In this document: in pieces, positions 9,147 through 18,940 of the stretch
Position numbering within the stretch: position 1 is the first letter of the stretch
How the letters are laid out: each line of letters starts with the position of its first letter
From: Acetobacteraceae bacterium
GTDB taxonomy: Bacteria > Pseudomonadota > Alphaproteobacteria > Acetobacterales > Acetobacteraceae
Direction: 5' to 3'
NCBI GenBank assembly: GCA_965213845.1
Contig: CBDCAI010000007.1
Location: 19,818 to 83,817 of the forward strand
DNA length: 64,000 bases
Made by a program: the position numbers and the translations under genes
The notes under the pieces: generated by a model
Databases searched by the model: none
Told to the model about the DNA's origin: nothing
Seen by the model: only the letters and a program-made list of their open reading frames with translations

Positions 9147-9878
9147 TTGAACGTCTTTGCGGTAGACACGTGGCTCCCGCCCGCCAGCCTGGGCCTGACG
9201 GCCCTTCTCCTGCTCCTGCTGGGCCGTCGCGGACGCACGCTGGGGATCGTCGCCCTCGGGCTGCTCGTCCTGCTGTCGCTGCCCATCGTGTCCTTGCCGC
9301 TGATGGCAGCGCTGGATGTGGAGGAGCCGCCAGCCGCCGACCAGCCGGTCGCCAGCGGCACCGGGCCCGGGGCCATCGTCATCCTGTCGGCCGACGTGCA
9401 GCGCACCGCCATCCCCGGCCTGGCCGAGATCGGGCCGCTGACGCTGGAACGCGAACGGGCCGGGGCCGCCCTCGCCCGGCGCACCGGGCTGCCCGTCCTC
9501 GTCACCGGCGGCCTGGTCACGGCGCCGCCCCCCGTCGGCGCGCTGATGGCCGCCAGCCTCGCGACCGACTTCGGCGTGCCCGTACGCTGGGCCGAGACCA
9601 GGTCCGGCACCACCTGGGAGAACGCGACGATGAGCGTGCCGCTGCTGCGCGCCTCGGGCATCGACCAGGTCTATGTCGTCACCCACGCCTGGCACATGCG
9701 CCGCGCCCTGCTAGCGTTCCGCCGGGCCGGCATGAAGGCGGTCGCGGCCCCCGTCCGCCAGGACCTCTGGCCCACGCCCGACGCCGACGACCTCCTGCCG
9801 CGCACCACGTCGTGGGAACGCAGCGCCCGGGCGCTGCATGAGTGGGTGGGCCTGCTGTACTACGCGACGCGCTCATGA
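9147..9878 (+). CDS. YdcF/DUF218 (ElyC/SanA-like) family protein
   Basis: The C-terminal part (VLVTGG...TTWENA...VVTHAWHMRRA) is DUF218-like. The N-terminus has two TM helices. I chose the TTG start at 9147 because third-position GC falls to ~60% upstream of it. In-frame ATGs at 9003 and 9036 remain possible. Confidence 0.55.
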   Translation: MNVFAVDTWLPPASLGLTALLLLLLGRRGRTLGIVALGLLVLLSLPIVSLPLMAALDVEEPPAADQPVASGTGPGAIVILSADVQRTAIPGLAEIGPLTLERERAGAALARRTGLPVLVTGGLVTAPPPVGALMAASLATDFGVPVRWAETRSGTTWENATMSVPLLRASGIDQVYVVTHAWHMRRALLAFRRAGMKAVAAPVRQDLWPTPDADDLLPRTTSWERSARALHEWVGLLYYATRS

Positions 9879-10918
9879 TCGCCGTCGAGACCGCCCCGGG
9901 GATCGCGGCGCTGGGCCCCGAATGGGACGTGGTGTTCGCGGCCGGACCGGGCGTGCAGTCGCGCCGGGACTGGTTCGAGGCGACGGAGAACACGGCGCTG
10001 GACGGCCCGATGCGCCCGCTCTGGCTCACGGTCCGGCAGGACGGGCGGCCCCTGGCGCTGCTGCCGCTGCAGGCCGGGCCAGGCAGCGAGGCGGTCAGCC
10101 TCACCTCCCCCTACACCGTGCTGTTCCAACCCCTGCTCGCCCCCGGCGCCGACCCGCGGGCGATCGGCATCGCCCTCGCTCCCGTCCTGCGCCGCTGGTC
10201 CACCATCCGGCTCGAGGCGCTCGACCCGGCCTGGTCCGGCCTCGACCCCCTGCTCGCCGGGCTGCGCCGCGGCGGCCTGCTCGCCAACCGCTTCGACCAT
10301 TTCGGCAACTGGGTCGTTTCCACCGCCGGCAAGGACTGGCCGGCCTACCTCGCCGCACGCCCGGGCGCGCTGCGCGAGACCATCCGCCGCCGGGGCCGCG
10401 CCGCCGCGCAGGACAAGACGATCCGGTTCGAGGTGGTGCAGCAGCCCGATGACCTGCCCGGCGCCATCGCGGCCTACGAGGCCGTCTATGCCCGAAGCTG
10501 GAAGGTGCCCGAGCCCTATCCGCTGTTCACCGAGGCCGTTCTGCCCCGGCTCGCGGCAGCCGGCCTGCTCCGCCTTTGCGTGCTGTGGCGGGGCGAGACG
10601 CCGCTCGCCGCGCAGTACTGGACGGTCCAGGACCGGGTCGCCACCGTGCTCAAGCTGGCGCACGACGACGCGGTCAAGGCGCTCTCGCCCGGCACGCTGC
10701 TGACCGCCCACATGATCCGCCGCCTGCTGGACGACGAGCACGTGGACGCGCTGGACTTCGGCCGGGGCGACGACCCCTACAAGGCATCCTGGACCACCGA
10801 TCGGCGACAGCGGATCGGTGTCGTGCTGGCCAACCCGCTGCGGCCGCAAGGGCTGAAGACCCTGCTGCGGCACCAGGCCGGGCGGCTGGTCCGACGGCTG
10901 CGCGGTGGTCGAGGCTAG
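9875..10918 (+). CDS. GNAT-fold acyltransferase of the CelD/BcsL (Acetyltransf_6, FemAB-like) type
   Basis: ATGA overlap with the DUF218 stop. The C-terminal motif LKLAHDD...SPGTLL...LDFGRGDDPYKASW is characteristic of CelD-like proteins. Confidence 0.6.
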   Translation: MIAVETAPGIAALGPEWDVVFAAGPGVQSRRDWFEATENTALDGPMRPLWLTVRQDGRPLALLPLQAGPGSEAVSLTSPYTVLFQPLLAPGADPRAIGIALAPVLRRWSTIRLEALDPAWSGLDPLLAGLRRGGLLANRFDHFGNWVVSTAGKDWPAYLAARPGALRETIRRRGRAAAQDKTIRFEVVQQPDDLPGAIAAYEAVYARSWKVPEPYPLFTEAVLPRLAAAGLLRLCVLWRGETPLAAQYWTVQDRVATVLKLAHDDAVKALSPGTLLTAHMIRRLLDDEHVDALDFGRGDDPYKASWTTDRRQRIGVVLANPLRPQGLKTLLRHQAGRLVRRLRGGRG

Positions 10919-11310
10919 ACCAGCCCGGTCGCCCCCAGCAGGACCAAGACGATACCCGCCATCGCGACCCCGAAGGCGAGCGTCCGAACGCCGACGACGT
11001 TTCCTGCATACAGGAAGACGAACGCCAGGCGGGCCCAGACATACAGCTGGGCCCCCAGCACCGTCGCCCAGCCATGCCGGCCCAGCGCCTGGGCCATCAG
11101 CACGGACGCGGCGAAGAACGGAAACGTCTGCATGTAGTTGGCGAAGGCCCGCTGCACCCGCCCGCCCACACCCGTGACCGGCTTCGTCTCGTCGCGCGAG
11201 CTCAACCCATAGCCGAGACCGTTCTGCGACGTCGTCACGACGCCGGTCGCCATCACGTGCACCAGGCCGAGCACGACCGCCCAGGCCAGCATCGTCAGTT
11301 CGGTCGTCAT
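10915..11310 (-). CDS. MAPEG family membrane protein
   Basis: ~131 aa with 3-4 TM segments and the motif RVQRAFANYMQTFPFFAASVL. The ATG at 11310 has a GGAGG RBS. The upstream ATG at 11322 is also possible. Confidence 0.6.
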   Translation of the reverse strand: MTTELTMLAWAVVLGLVHVMATGVVTTSQNGLGYGLSSRDETKPVTGVGGRVQRAFANYMQTFPFFAASVLMAQALGRHGWATVLGAQLYVWARLAFVFLYAGNVVGVRTLAFGVAMAGIVLVLLGATGLV

Positions 11311-11499
11311 TCCAGCCTCCATCAGCCCTACCGCAACGCCGCCCCGGGCGCCGGGTTGCCCCGGCCTCGCGCCCGTCTCAGGCCCGCCTCACGCCAGGAC
11401 GGCGACCAGGACGCGCGTCGGCACGGTTGCGGTGTGGCGGGCGACGGTTCGGCTCAACCGTTCCGGGCGGCCACCGATGGCGTATTCCCTATCCCTGGC

Positions 11500-12468
11500 T
11501 CATTGGAGCGTGATCCCGTTCTCGGTGACGATCTTGCGCCACCGGGCCACCTCCGCCTCCACCAGCCGGTCCAGCGCCTCCGGGCTCCCGGGCGCGACGC
11601 GCAGCCCCTCCTCCTTCACGCGGGTCTGGAATGTTTCCGTCGCGACGGCCTTGTTGGTGGCATCGTTCAGCCGGGCGATGACCGCGGGCGGCGTGCCGGC
11701 CGGGGCATACAGCCCATACCAGCTGTCGACCGCATAGCCCGGCAACACCTCGGCCAGGCTGGGCACCCCGGGCGTCGACGATTGCCCGGGCGGCGCCGTC
11801 ACGGCCAGCGCGCGCAGCTGCTGCCCGGCGACCAGCCCGGCCACGGCGGCCGACGTCGCGAACATCATGTCCACCTGGCCGCCCATGACATCCGTCAGCG
11901 CCGGCCCTGCGCCACGGTACGGCACATGGGTCATCGTCACGCCCGCCAGGTTGGTGAACAGCTCCCCGGCCAGGTGCGCGGACGTGCCGATCCCCTGCGA
12001 GGCATAGCTCAGCTTGCCGGGTGACGCCTTCGCCGCGGCGATCACCTCCTGCGCCGAATGCAGCGGGCTGTCGGCGCGCACGACCAGCACGTTGTTCGAC
12101 CGGCCGACCAGGCTGACGGCCACGAAGGCTTTCAGCGTGTCGTAAGGAAGCTTCTTCTGCAGCGAGGGGTTCACCGCATGGGCGAAGGTGGCCATCAGCA
12201 GCGTGTAGCCGTCGGGCGCCGCCGCCGCCACGAACTGGGAGCCGATGATGGTGCCGGCCCCCGGCTTGTTGTCGACGATGACGGTCCGGCCCAGCTGCTC
12301 CGTCAGGCCCGCGGCCAGCGTGCGGGCGACGAGGTCGGTGCCGCCGCCCGGCGCGAAGGGCACGACGATGCGGACGGTCCGGTCCGGAAACTCCGCCCGG
12401 GCCTGCGTCAGGCCGCCCATCGCCAGCAGCGCCAGCAGGGTGCAAAGGGCCGAACGACGATGCTGCAT
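11500..12468 (-). CDS. tripartite tricarboxylate transporter substrate-binding protein (Bug/TctC family)
   Basis: ATG at 12468 ([25 protein letters not shown] signal peptide). [23 protein letters not shown] and [15 protein letters not shown] are hallmark Bug-family motifs. Confidence 0.85.
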   Translation of the reverse strand: MQHRRSALCTLLALLAMGGLTQARAEFPDRTVRIVVPFAPGGGTDLVARTLAAGLTEQLGRTVIVDNKPGAGTIIGSQFVAAAAPDGYTLLMATFAHAVNPSLQKKLPYDTLKAFVAVSLVGRSNNVLVVRADSPLHSAQEVIAAAKASPGKLSYASQGIGTSAHLAGELFTNLAGVTMTHVPYRGAGPALTDVMGGQVDMMFATSAAVAGLVAGQQLRALAVTAPPGQSSTPGVPSLAEVLPGYAVDSWYGLYAPAGTPPAVIARLNDATNKAVATETFQTRVKEEGLRVAPGSPEALDRLVEAEVARWRKIVTENGITLQ

Positions 12469-12608
12469 GGCTGCCTCCGTTCTTCGCGTCGGGTCGATCG
12501 CCTTGGGCCGGAGATAGCGCAGGTCGGCGCCGGCCACCATGGCGGCTGTGGCCCGGCGCGGCGCCGTGGTACGGTCCGGGCCAGGGCAGACAGCGGGGAC
12601 ACGGTCGG

Positions 12609-13091
12609 ATGGCAGGCACGCCGGATACAGCAACAGCGCGGGACCGCCATGTCGTCGTGCTCAACGGGCCCAACCTCAACCTGCTCGGCAAGCGCCAACC
12701 GGAGATCTACGGCCATGAGACGCTGGCCGACGTGGAGGCGGCCTGCCGCAGCTTGGCGACCGAGCTGCGCCTTTCGGTGCAGTTCGGCCAAAGCAACCGC
12801 GAATACGAGATCATCGACTGGATCCACGCGGCGCGAGACACGGCCGCCGCCATCGTCATCAACCCCGCCGCCTTCACCCACACCTCCATCGCCATCCTGG
12901 ACGCGTTGAACGCCTTCGACGGCCCGGTGCTCGAGGTGCACGTCTCCAACGTGCACCGGCGCGAGGCCTTCCGGCATCACTCCTACGTCTCAACCCGCGC
13001 CGACGGCGTGATCGCGGGGTTCGGCACCCAGGGCTACGGCCTGGCGCTGCGCCGGGTGGCCACCCTGCTGGACATGGCGGGTAGCGGTTGA
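12609..13091 (+). CDS. aroQ: type II 3-dehydroquinate dehydratase
   Basis: [36 protein letters not shown] and [15 protein letters not shown] are canonical AroQ motifs. Confidence 0.9.
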   Translation: MAGTPDTATARDRHVVVLNGPNLNLLGKRQPEIYGHETLADVEAACRSLATELRLSVQFGQSNREYEIIDWIHAARDTAAAIVINPAAFTHTSIAILDALNAFDGPVLEVHVSNVHRREAFRHHSYVSTRADGVIAGFGTQGYGLALRRVATLLDMAGSG

Positions 13092-13155
13092 CCCGGCCAG
13101 GGGTTGGACGGAGTTTAGAGGCGCAACCAGGTCCGCGGCCGGGAGAGAACGAAGC

Positions 13156-14517
13156 ATGTCACTGACGATTCCGCAGCAATCGGCGATGGACGGCGCGGTT
13201 CGGCACCTCGTCGGCAACTACAACCCGAAGGGTAACCGGATCGGGTGGCTGATGATGTCCTCGATCCTGGTCGAGGCCTGGGACCTCTATTCGATCGCCT
13301 TCGTGCTGGTGTTCATCAAGGAGCAGTACAACCCCGACCCGTTGATGCTGGGCCTGGCTGCGGCCGGCACCCAGGGCGGTGCGCTGATCGGCGCGCTGAT
13401 CGGCGGCTGGCTCTCGGACCGGATCGGCCGGCGCGTCATGTTCCTGGCGACGATGATCATGTTCATCATCCTGGCGCTGGTGCAGGCCTTCGTCACCAGC
13501 GTCGGCTGGCTGGTGGTGGTCCGCTTCCTGCTCGGCGTGCCGCTCGGGTCCGACATCTCGAACGGCTACGCCTACATCATGGAGTCGATGCCCAAGGGCA
13601 AGCGCGAGGTGATGGGCAACCGCTGGCAGTTCATGTTCGCGATCGGCGAGGTGATGACGCTGGCCGTCATCGCCGTGTTCATCGTGGCCGACATGAACCA
13701 CGAATGGATCTGGCGCGTGACGCTGGGCATGGGCGCCCTGCCCGCGCTGATCATCCTGCTGATGCGGCACGACCTGCCGGAGACCGCGGTGTGGCTGGTG
13801 CGCCGCGGCCGCTTCCGCGAGGCCAAGCAGGTGTCGCTGGCCATGTACGCCGACGACCTCGCCATGCTCCCGAACGAGGACGTCGACGTGCCGCGGCCCC
13901 GCCCGGCCGACTTCCTGGCCGACATCCGCCGCGACCCCATCCGCTGGCGCGCGACGCTCTATGGCTGGATCGCCTGCTTCTGCCAGGGCAGCGAGTTCTC
14001 GACCTTCGCCTTCTACCTGCCGGTCCTGTTCATCATGGTCGGCGTCTCCTCCGTGCTGGGGACGGACCTCGTGACCATGGCGCTCTATTGCGTCGCGGCA
14101 CTCTCTGGCTGGGTCGGGCCGTTGCTGACGCCCCGCATCGGCCAGCGCGGCATCAGCATCGCCGGCTTCGCGATCGTACTGGTGTCGCTGCTGGTCGCCG
14201 CCTGGGCGCTTTACACCAACACGACCTGGATCCTGCCGTTCGCCGCCGCCGCCATGCTGTGGGGCCACTACTGGGACGCGTCGAACTGCATGACCATCCC
14301 GACGGTGGTGGCCCGGCCGGAATATCGCGCCACCGCCAGCGGCTTCGCCTACATGTTCGTGAAGCTGCCCTCGTTCCTGGCGATCTTCCTGTTCCCCAGC
14401 CTGTTCGTGGCCGTGGGCCAGGCCACCGCGACGCTGATGGTGGCCATCTTCCCGCTGGTCGGCCTGCTGGCGGCGATCTTCATCCTGCCCGAGATCTACG
14501 GCTTCGAGAGCGACTGA
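13156..14517 (+). CDS. MFS transporter (sugar-acid/metabolite:H+ symporter type)
   Basis: GGGAGAG RBS. 12-TM profile. The DRIGRR motif lies after TM2 (WLSDRIGRRVMF). Confidence 0.8.
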   Translation: MSLTIPQQSAMDGAVRHLVGNYNPKGNRIGWLMMSSILVEAWDLYSIAFVLVFIKEQYNPDPLMLGLAAAGTQGGALIGALIGGWLSDRIGRRVMFLATMIMFIILALVQAFVTSVGWLVVVRFLLGVPLGSDISNGYAYIMESMPKGKREVMGNRWQFMFAIGEVMTLAVIAVFIVADMNHEWIWRVTLGMGALPALIILLMRHDLPETAVWLVRRGRFREAKQVSLAMYADDLAMLPNEDVDVPRPRPADFLADIRRDPIRWRATLYGWIACFCQGSEFSTFAFYLPVLFIMVGVSSVLGTDLVTMALYCVAALSGWVGPLLTPRIGQRGISIAGFAIVLVSLLVAAWALYTNTTWILPFAAAAMLWGHYWDASNCMTIPTVVARPEYRATASGFAYMFVKLPSFLAIFLFPSLFVAVGQATATLMVAIFPLVGLLAAIFILPEIYGFESD

Positions 14518-14527
14518 GCCCCGGCCC

Positions 14528-15457
14528 GTGACCCCGCTGCGCCCGATCGCCTGCATCGGCGAGTGCATGATCGAGTTGCGGGAGCGGCCGGACGGGCGGA
14601 TGGACCGCGCCTGGGGCGGCGACACGTTGAACACCGCCGTCTACCTCGCCCGGCTCGGCCTGCCCGTGGAATACGTGACGGCGCTGGGCGACGACGGCTG
14701 GAGCGACGAGATGGTCGCCGCCTGGGCCCTGGAGGGCGTCGGCACCACGCTGGTGCAGCGCCTGCCGGGGCGGCTGCCGGGGCTGTACGTGATCCAGACC
14801 GACCCGGCGGGCGAGCGCCGCTTCCTGTACTGGCGGGACAGCGCGGCGGCGCGCCGCCTGTTCGACCACCTGGACCCGGCGGCGCTGGACCGCTTCGGCC
14901 TGCTGTACCTCTCGGGCATCACGCTTTCCATCTTCGACGCCCGCGCCCGCGCCACGCTGCTGCGCTGCCTGGAGGCCGCGCGCCGTCAGGGCGCGCAGAT
15001 CGTGTTCGACACCAACTTCCGCCCCCGCGGCTGGCCGGATCGTGCGGAGGCGCAGCAGGCCTACAACGCGCTGTTCGCCCTGGCCCACCTGGTGCTGGCC
15101 TCCGTCGAGGACCTGGGCCTGCTTTATGGCACGCCCGAGCCGCCCGCCCTTCTGCCGACCGCCCTGATGGACCACGCCGCGACGACGGAGATCGTGCTGA
15201 AGCTGGACACGCCCGCCTGCCGGCTGTTCCACGGCGGCCGGCAGGACCTGGTCCAGGCCGCCGCGGTCGATCGCGTGGTCGACACCACCGCCGCCGGAGA
15301 CAGCTTCGCCGCCGCCTATCTCGCCGCACGGCTGCGGGGCGCCACCCCGCCCGAGGCGGCCCGGGCTGGGCACGCCCTGGCCGCCGCCGTCATCCGTCAC
15401 CCCGGCGCCATCATCCCCCTCGCCGCCATGCAGCACCACCCCGAGGCCCCGCCATGA
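14528..15457 (+). CDS. kdgK: 2-dehydro-3-deoxygluconokinase (PfkB family sugar kinase)
   Basis: GTG start. GGDTLNTAVYLARLG and VDTTAAGDSFAAAYL motifs. ATGA overlap with eda. Confidence 0.8.
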   Translation: MTPLRPIACIGECMIELRERPDGRMDRAWGGDTLNTAVYLARLGLPVEYVTALGDDGWSDEMVAAWALEGVGTTLVQRLPGRLPGLYVIQTDPAGERRFLYWRDSAAARRLFDHLDPAALDRFGLLYLSGITLSIFDARARATLLRCLEAARRQGAQIVFDTNFRPRGWPDRAEAQQAYNALFALAHLVLASVEDLGLLYGTPEPPALLPTALMDHAATTEIVLKLDTPACRLFHGGRQDLVQAAAVDRVVDTTAAGDSFAAAYLAARLRGATPPEAARAGHALAAAVIRHPGAIIPLAAMQHHPEAPP

Positions 15458-16092
15458 CGCCCAACGACCCCCTCCATGCCCTGCTGGCGCTCGGGCGGGT
15501 CATCCCCGTCATCACCATCGACCGGCCGGAGCACGCCGTGCCCCTCGCCCGCGCCCTGGTCGAGGGCGGCATAAGGCTGCTGGAGATCACGCTCCGCACC
15601 GCGCACGGGCTCGAGGGCGCACGGGCGATCATGCAGGCGGTGCCCGGGGCGGTGGTCGGCATCGGCACCGTGCTGACTCCGGACGACATGGCCCGCGCGG
15701 TCGGCATCGGGGCGCGTTTCGCCCTCAGCCCGGGCGCCACGCCCGACCTGCTGCGCGCCGCCGCCACGGCCGGCATCCCCTTCCTGCCCGGCATCGCCAC
15801 CGCTTCCGACCTGATGCTGGCCATGGCGCATGGCTTCCAGGCGGTGAAGTTCTTCCCTGCCATGGCCGCGGGCGGGATCTCAGCCTTGAAAGCGCTCGCC
15901 GGCCCCTTCCCGCAGGCGCGCTTCTGCCCCACGGGGGGCATCACGGAGGCCAACGCCGCCGAATGGCTGGCGCTGCCCAACGTCGTCGCCGTCGGCGGGT
16001 CGTGGCTCACGCCGGCGGCCGAGGTCGCCGCGGGCGACTGGGCCGCCATCACCGCACGGGCGCAGCGGACGCAGGCGGCCCTCGGCGGCTGA
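15454..16092 (+). CDS. eda: KDPG/KHG aldolase (2-dehydro-3-deoxy-phosphogluconate aldolase)
   Basis: ATG at 15454 within ORF 14563..16092. Motifs LLEITLRT, GIGTVL, VKFFPA (Schiff-base Lys context) and FCPTGGI. Confidence 0.85.
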   Translation: MTPNDPLHALLALGRVIPVITIDRPEHAVPLARALVEGGIRLLEITLRTAHGLEGARAIMQAVPGAVVGIGTVLTPDDMARAVGIGARFALSPGATPDLLRAAATAGIPFLPGIATASDLMLAMAHGFQAVKFFPAMAAGGISALKALAGPFPQARFCPTGGITEANAAEWLALPNVVAVGGSWLTPAAEVAAGDWAAITARAQRTQAALGG

Positions 16093-16108
16093 GGCGGGCG
16101 TCCGTCCC

Positions 16109-17143
16109 TCAGAGTGCCAGCTGCACCTTCATCGCCCGGCTTTTGTCGCCAGCCAGCTCGAAGGCGCGGACGGCGTCGTGCAGCGGCACGACCTCCGTCA
16201 GCAGCGGGGCCGGGTCGATGGCGCCGGAGCCCAGCAGCGCCACCGCCCACGCGAACTCCTCGTGGAAGCGGAAGGTGCCGCGCAGCGTGATCTCCTTGCC
16301 CACCAGCATGTTGACCGGCACCGACATCTCGCCCCCGGACAGGCCCAGCTGGACGATGGTGCCTCCGGGCCGCACGACCTCCAGCGCCGAGGCCAGCGCC
16401 CGCGCATTGCCCGACGCCTCGAGCACCACGTCGAACCAGCCCTTCTCCGTCTTGAACCCGTCGAGAGACCCGGCGTCCGCCGCGGTGTTCAGCGCCTGGT
16501 CCGCCCCCAGCCGGCGCGCCATCGCCAGCGGCGGCTCCAGCACGTCCGTCACGATCACCGTGCCGGCCCCCGCATGCCGGGCCACCATCATCGCCAGCGC
16601 GCCGATCGGGCCGGCGCCCGTCACCAGCACGCGCTGCCCCAGCATCGGGCCCGCCTGCCGCACCGCATGCAGGCAGACGGACAGCGGCTCGGCGAACGCC
16701 GCCATCTGCACCGACAGCCCCGCCGGAAGCTTCACCGCCTGCTGCCCGTCGCAGACCAGCATCTCACAGAAGCCCCCATCGACATGCGGCATCCGCATCG
16801 CGCTGCCGTAGAACCGCATCTCGAGGCAGTGGTTCGGCTGACCCTGCAGGCAGAACCGGCACCGGTGGCAGGGCAGGCTCGGGTTGACCGCCACCGCGTC
16901 GCCGGGCCGGACGGACGTGACGGCGGCACCCACCTCGGCCACCTCCCCCGCGACCTCGTGCCCCAGCACCATGGGCTGCCGCAACCGCACCTGCCCGAAC
17001 CCGCCATGCTGGAAGTAGTGCAGGTCCGACCCGCAGATCCCCCCGGCGCGGACCCGCACCGCCACCTGGTGCGGCCCGACCGGCGGCGCCTCCCTCTCCT
17101 CGATGCGAAGGTCGTGCGGGGCATGGATCACTGCGGCTTTCAT
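16109..17143 (-). CDS. Zn-dependent medium-chain dehydrogenase, L-idonate 5-dehydrogenase/sorbitol dehydrogenase-like
   Basis: GGICGSDLHYFQHG, PMVLGHEVAGEV, the structural-Zn Cys cluster CHRCRFCLQGQPNHC, and the Rossmann motif VTGAGPIG. Confidence 0.75.
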   Translation of the reverse strand: MKAAVIHAPHDLRIEEREAPPVGPHQVAVRVRAGGICGSDLHYFQHGGFGQVRLRQPMVLGHEVAGEVAEVGAAVTSVRPGDAVAVNPSLPCHRCRFCLQGQPNHCLEMRFYGSAMRMPHVDGGFCEMLVCDGQQAVKLPAGLSVQMAAFAEPLSVCLHAVRQAGPMLGQRVLVTGAGPIGALAMMVARHAGAGTVIVTDVLEPPLAMARRLGADQALNTAADAGSLDGFKTEKGWFDVVLEASGNARALASALEVVRPGGTIVQLGLSGGEMSVPVNMLVGKEITLRGTFRFHEEFAWAVALLGSGAIDPAPLLTEVVPLHDAVRAFELAGDKSRAMKVQLAL

Positions 17144-17188
17144 GCACCCGACCCTAGGCCAGCCCGCCGCGCCGGGAAAGCGATGCCG

Positions 17189-18841
17189 CTACTTCGGCTT
17201 CCAATACTCGATCCACAGCGTCGGCTGGCTGATGGAGCGGGGCGGCATCATGCCGCTCATCCACTTGGGCGACAGGTAGGCGCTGTAGTCGTTGTAGAGC
17301 GGGATCAGCGGCAGGTCGTCCATGACCGCCGCCTGGATCTCGTCCCACATTCCCTGCCGCTTCGCCGGGTCGAGCTCGGCCAGACCGTCCTTCAGCAGCG
17401 TGTCCACGCGGGGGTTGCTGTAGCCGGTCACGTTCCAGCCGCTGAAGGCGTTCGACTCCCGCGGGATCCCGGCTGTCCCGATCCGGGAGACCGGCAGGCT
17501 GCCCGGATCCTTGGTGTCCCATTCGATCACCATGCCCTGATACTGCCGCCTGCGCAGCGTCGTCCCGTCCAGTACCCGGAACGGCTCCGACTTCGCGACG
17601 ACCTCGATCCCGATCTGCTTGAGCTGCGACTGGACCACCTGCTGCACCAGCCCCGCCGTGGCAGCGCCCGCACCTGCGATCAGGTCGAGCGACAGCCGGG
17701 TGCCGTCGGCGCGCTGCATGATGCCGTCCGGCCCCGGCGTCCAACCGGCTTCGGCCAGGCTCGCCCGCGCCCGCGCCCGGTCGAAGGGCCAGGGCTTCAG
17801 CTGCTTGTTGTAGTTGGGATCGGACACGGCCACGATCGAGTTCGCCACCGGGATGCGGCCGGCGAACAGCCGCTCGACGATGGACTTCTTGTCGATCCCC
17901 ATCGAGACGGCCTGGCGCACCCGCTTGTCGGCCAGGATCGGGCTCTCGATCTGCAGATACAGGTAGTTCGTGACCAGCGTGCTCGCCGTGATGACGACGT
18001 CGAATCGGTCGGCATGGTGCTGCTCGAGGTCGGTATACTGATCGAACCCCATGCCGGTCGCGAGGTCGATGTCGCCGGACAGCAGGTTCGCTTCCAGCGC
18101 GGCGCCACTGGGGATCAGCCGCATGACGATCTGCTTGAACCCTGGCCGCTCCCCGTCCCAATGCGGGTTGGCGGCGAAGGTGACGCTCTCGTTCGCCTTG
18201 AACTCGGTCAGCACATAGGGACCGTTCCACAGGCCGGCCTCGCCCGGCGCACGGTTGAACGCGGACTTGTTGGCATAGTCCTGCGGGTCTTTCGCCGCCC
18301 GGAACAGCGGCTCCTCGATCGTGGCGTTCAGCGGCTGCGGGCTCATCTGGTTGAAATCGAACCGGACGGCGTCCAGCGTCACCGTGTAGCGCCGCGCATC
18401 GAGCGCCACGACGCCCGTGACGTTCATCGGCGGGTTCACGCTGCGGGCGACTTCCGCGCCGAACAGGATGTCGCGCGTGGTCAGCGGGGAGCCGTCGCCC
18501 CATTGGAGGCCCGGGCGCAGGGTGAACGTCACCGCCATGCCTTTGCGGCCGTCCGGCAGGTCGATCACCTTCGCCTGGCCGTTCGCCACCGACGGCACCT
18601 CGGTGCACAGCTGACACATGAGATCGCCCGCGGCATCGAACCGGGTCACGGCCCGGCGGGAGACGGCCAGGATGTAGTTGCGCGACGCCTGCCCGCCGAT
18701 CAACGGATGCAGGCTGGCGGGCGCGGACCCCATCCCCACCACAAGCCGGTCCCGCGTCTGCGCGCGGGCGGATGCACCCGCCAGCCCCGGCATGAGGACC
18801 GACAGGGTCAGGAGTGTCGCCGCCCGCACCATGGTTCGCAT
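17189..18841 (-). CDS. ABC transporter substrate-binding protein, family 5
   Basis: Signal peptide MRTMVRAATLLTLSVLMPGLAGASARA. SBP_bac_5-like length and sequence. Divergent from the two permease genes. Confidence 0.8.
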   Translation of the reverse strand: MRTMVRAATLLTLSVLMPGLAGASARAQTRDRLVVGMGSAPASLHPLIGGQASRNYILAVSRRAVTRFDAAGDLMCQLCTEVPSVANGQAKVIDLPDGRKGMAVTFTLRPGLQWGDGSPLTTRDILFGAEVARSVNPPMNVTGVVALDARRYTVTLDAVRFDFNQMSPQPLNATIEEPLFRAAKDPQDYANKSAFNRAPGEAGLWNGPYVLTEFKANESVTFAANPHWDGERPGFKQIVMRLIPSGAALEANLLSGDIDLATGMGFDQYTDLEQHHADRFDVVITASTLVTNYLYLQIESPILADKRVRQAVSMGIDKKSIVERLFAGRIPVANSIVAVSDPNYNKQLKPWPFDRARARASLAEAGWTPGPDGIMQRADGTRLSLDLIAGAGAATAGLVQQVVQSQLKQIGIEVVAKSEPFRVLDGTTLRRRQYQGMVIEWDTKDPGSLPVSRIGTAGIPRESNAFSGWNVTGYSNPRVDTLLKDGLAELDPAKRQGMWDEIQAAVMDDLPLIPLYNDYSAYLSPKWMSGMMPPRSISQPTLWIEYWKPK

Positions 18842-18940
18842 TCCGGTCCCCGTCTCGTGGCCGACAGCCCCGGCTGCCTATCATTCGGTTCGGTGCCCGG
18901 CTATAGCCCGCCCTGGTCCCTGCATGAGCGGCACCGTCCG

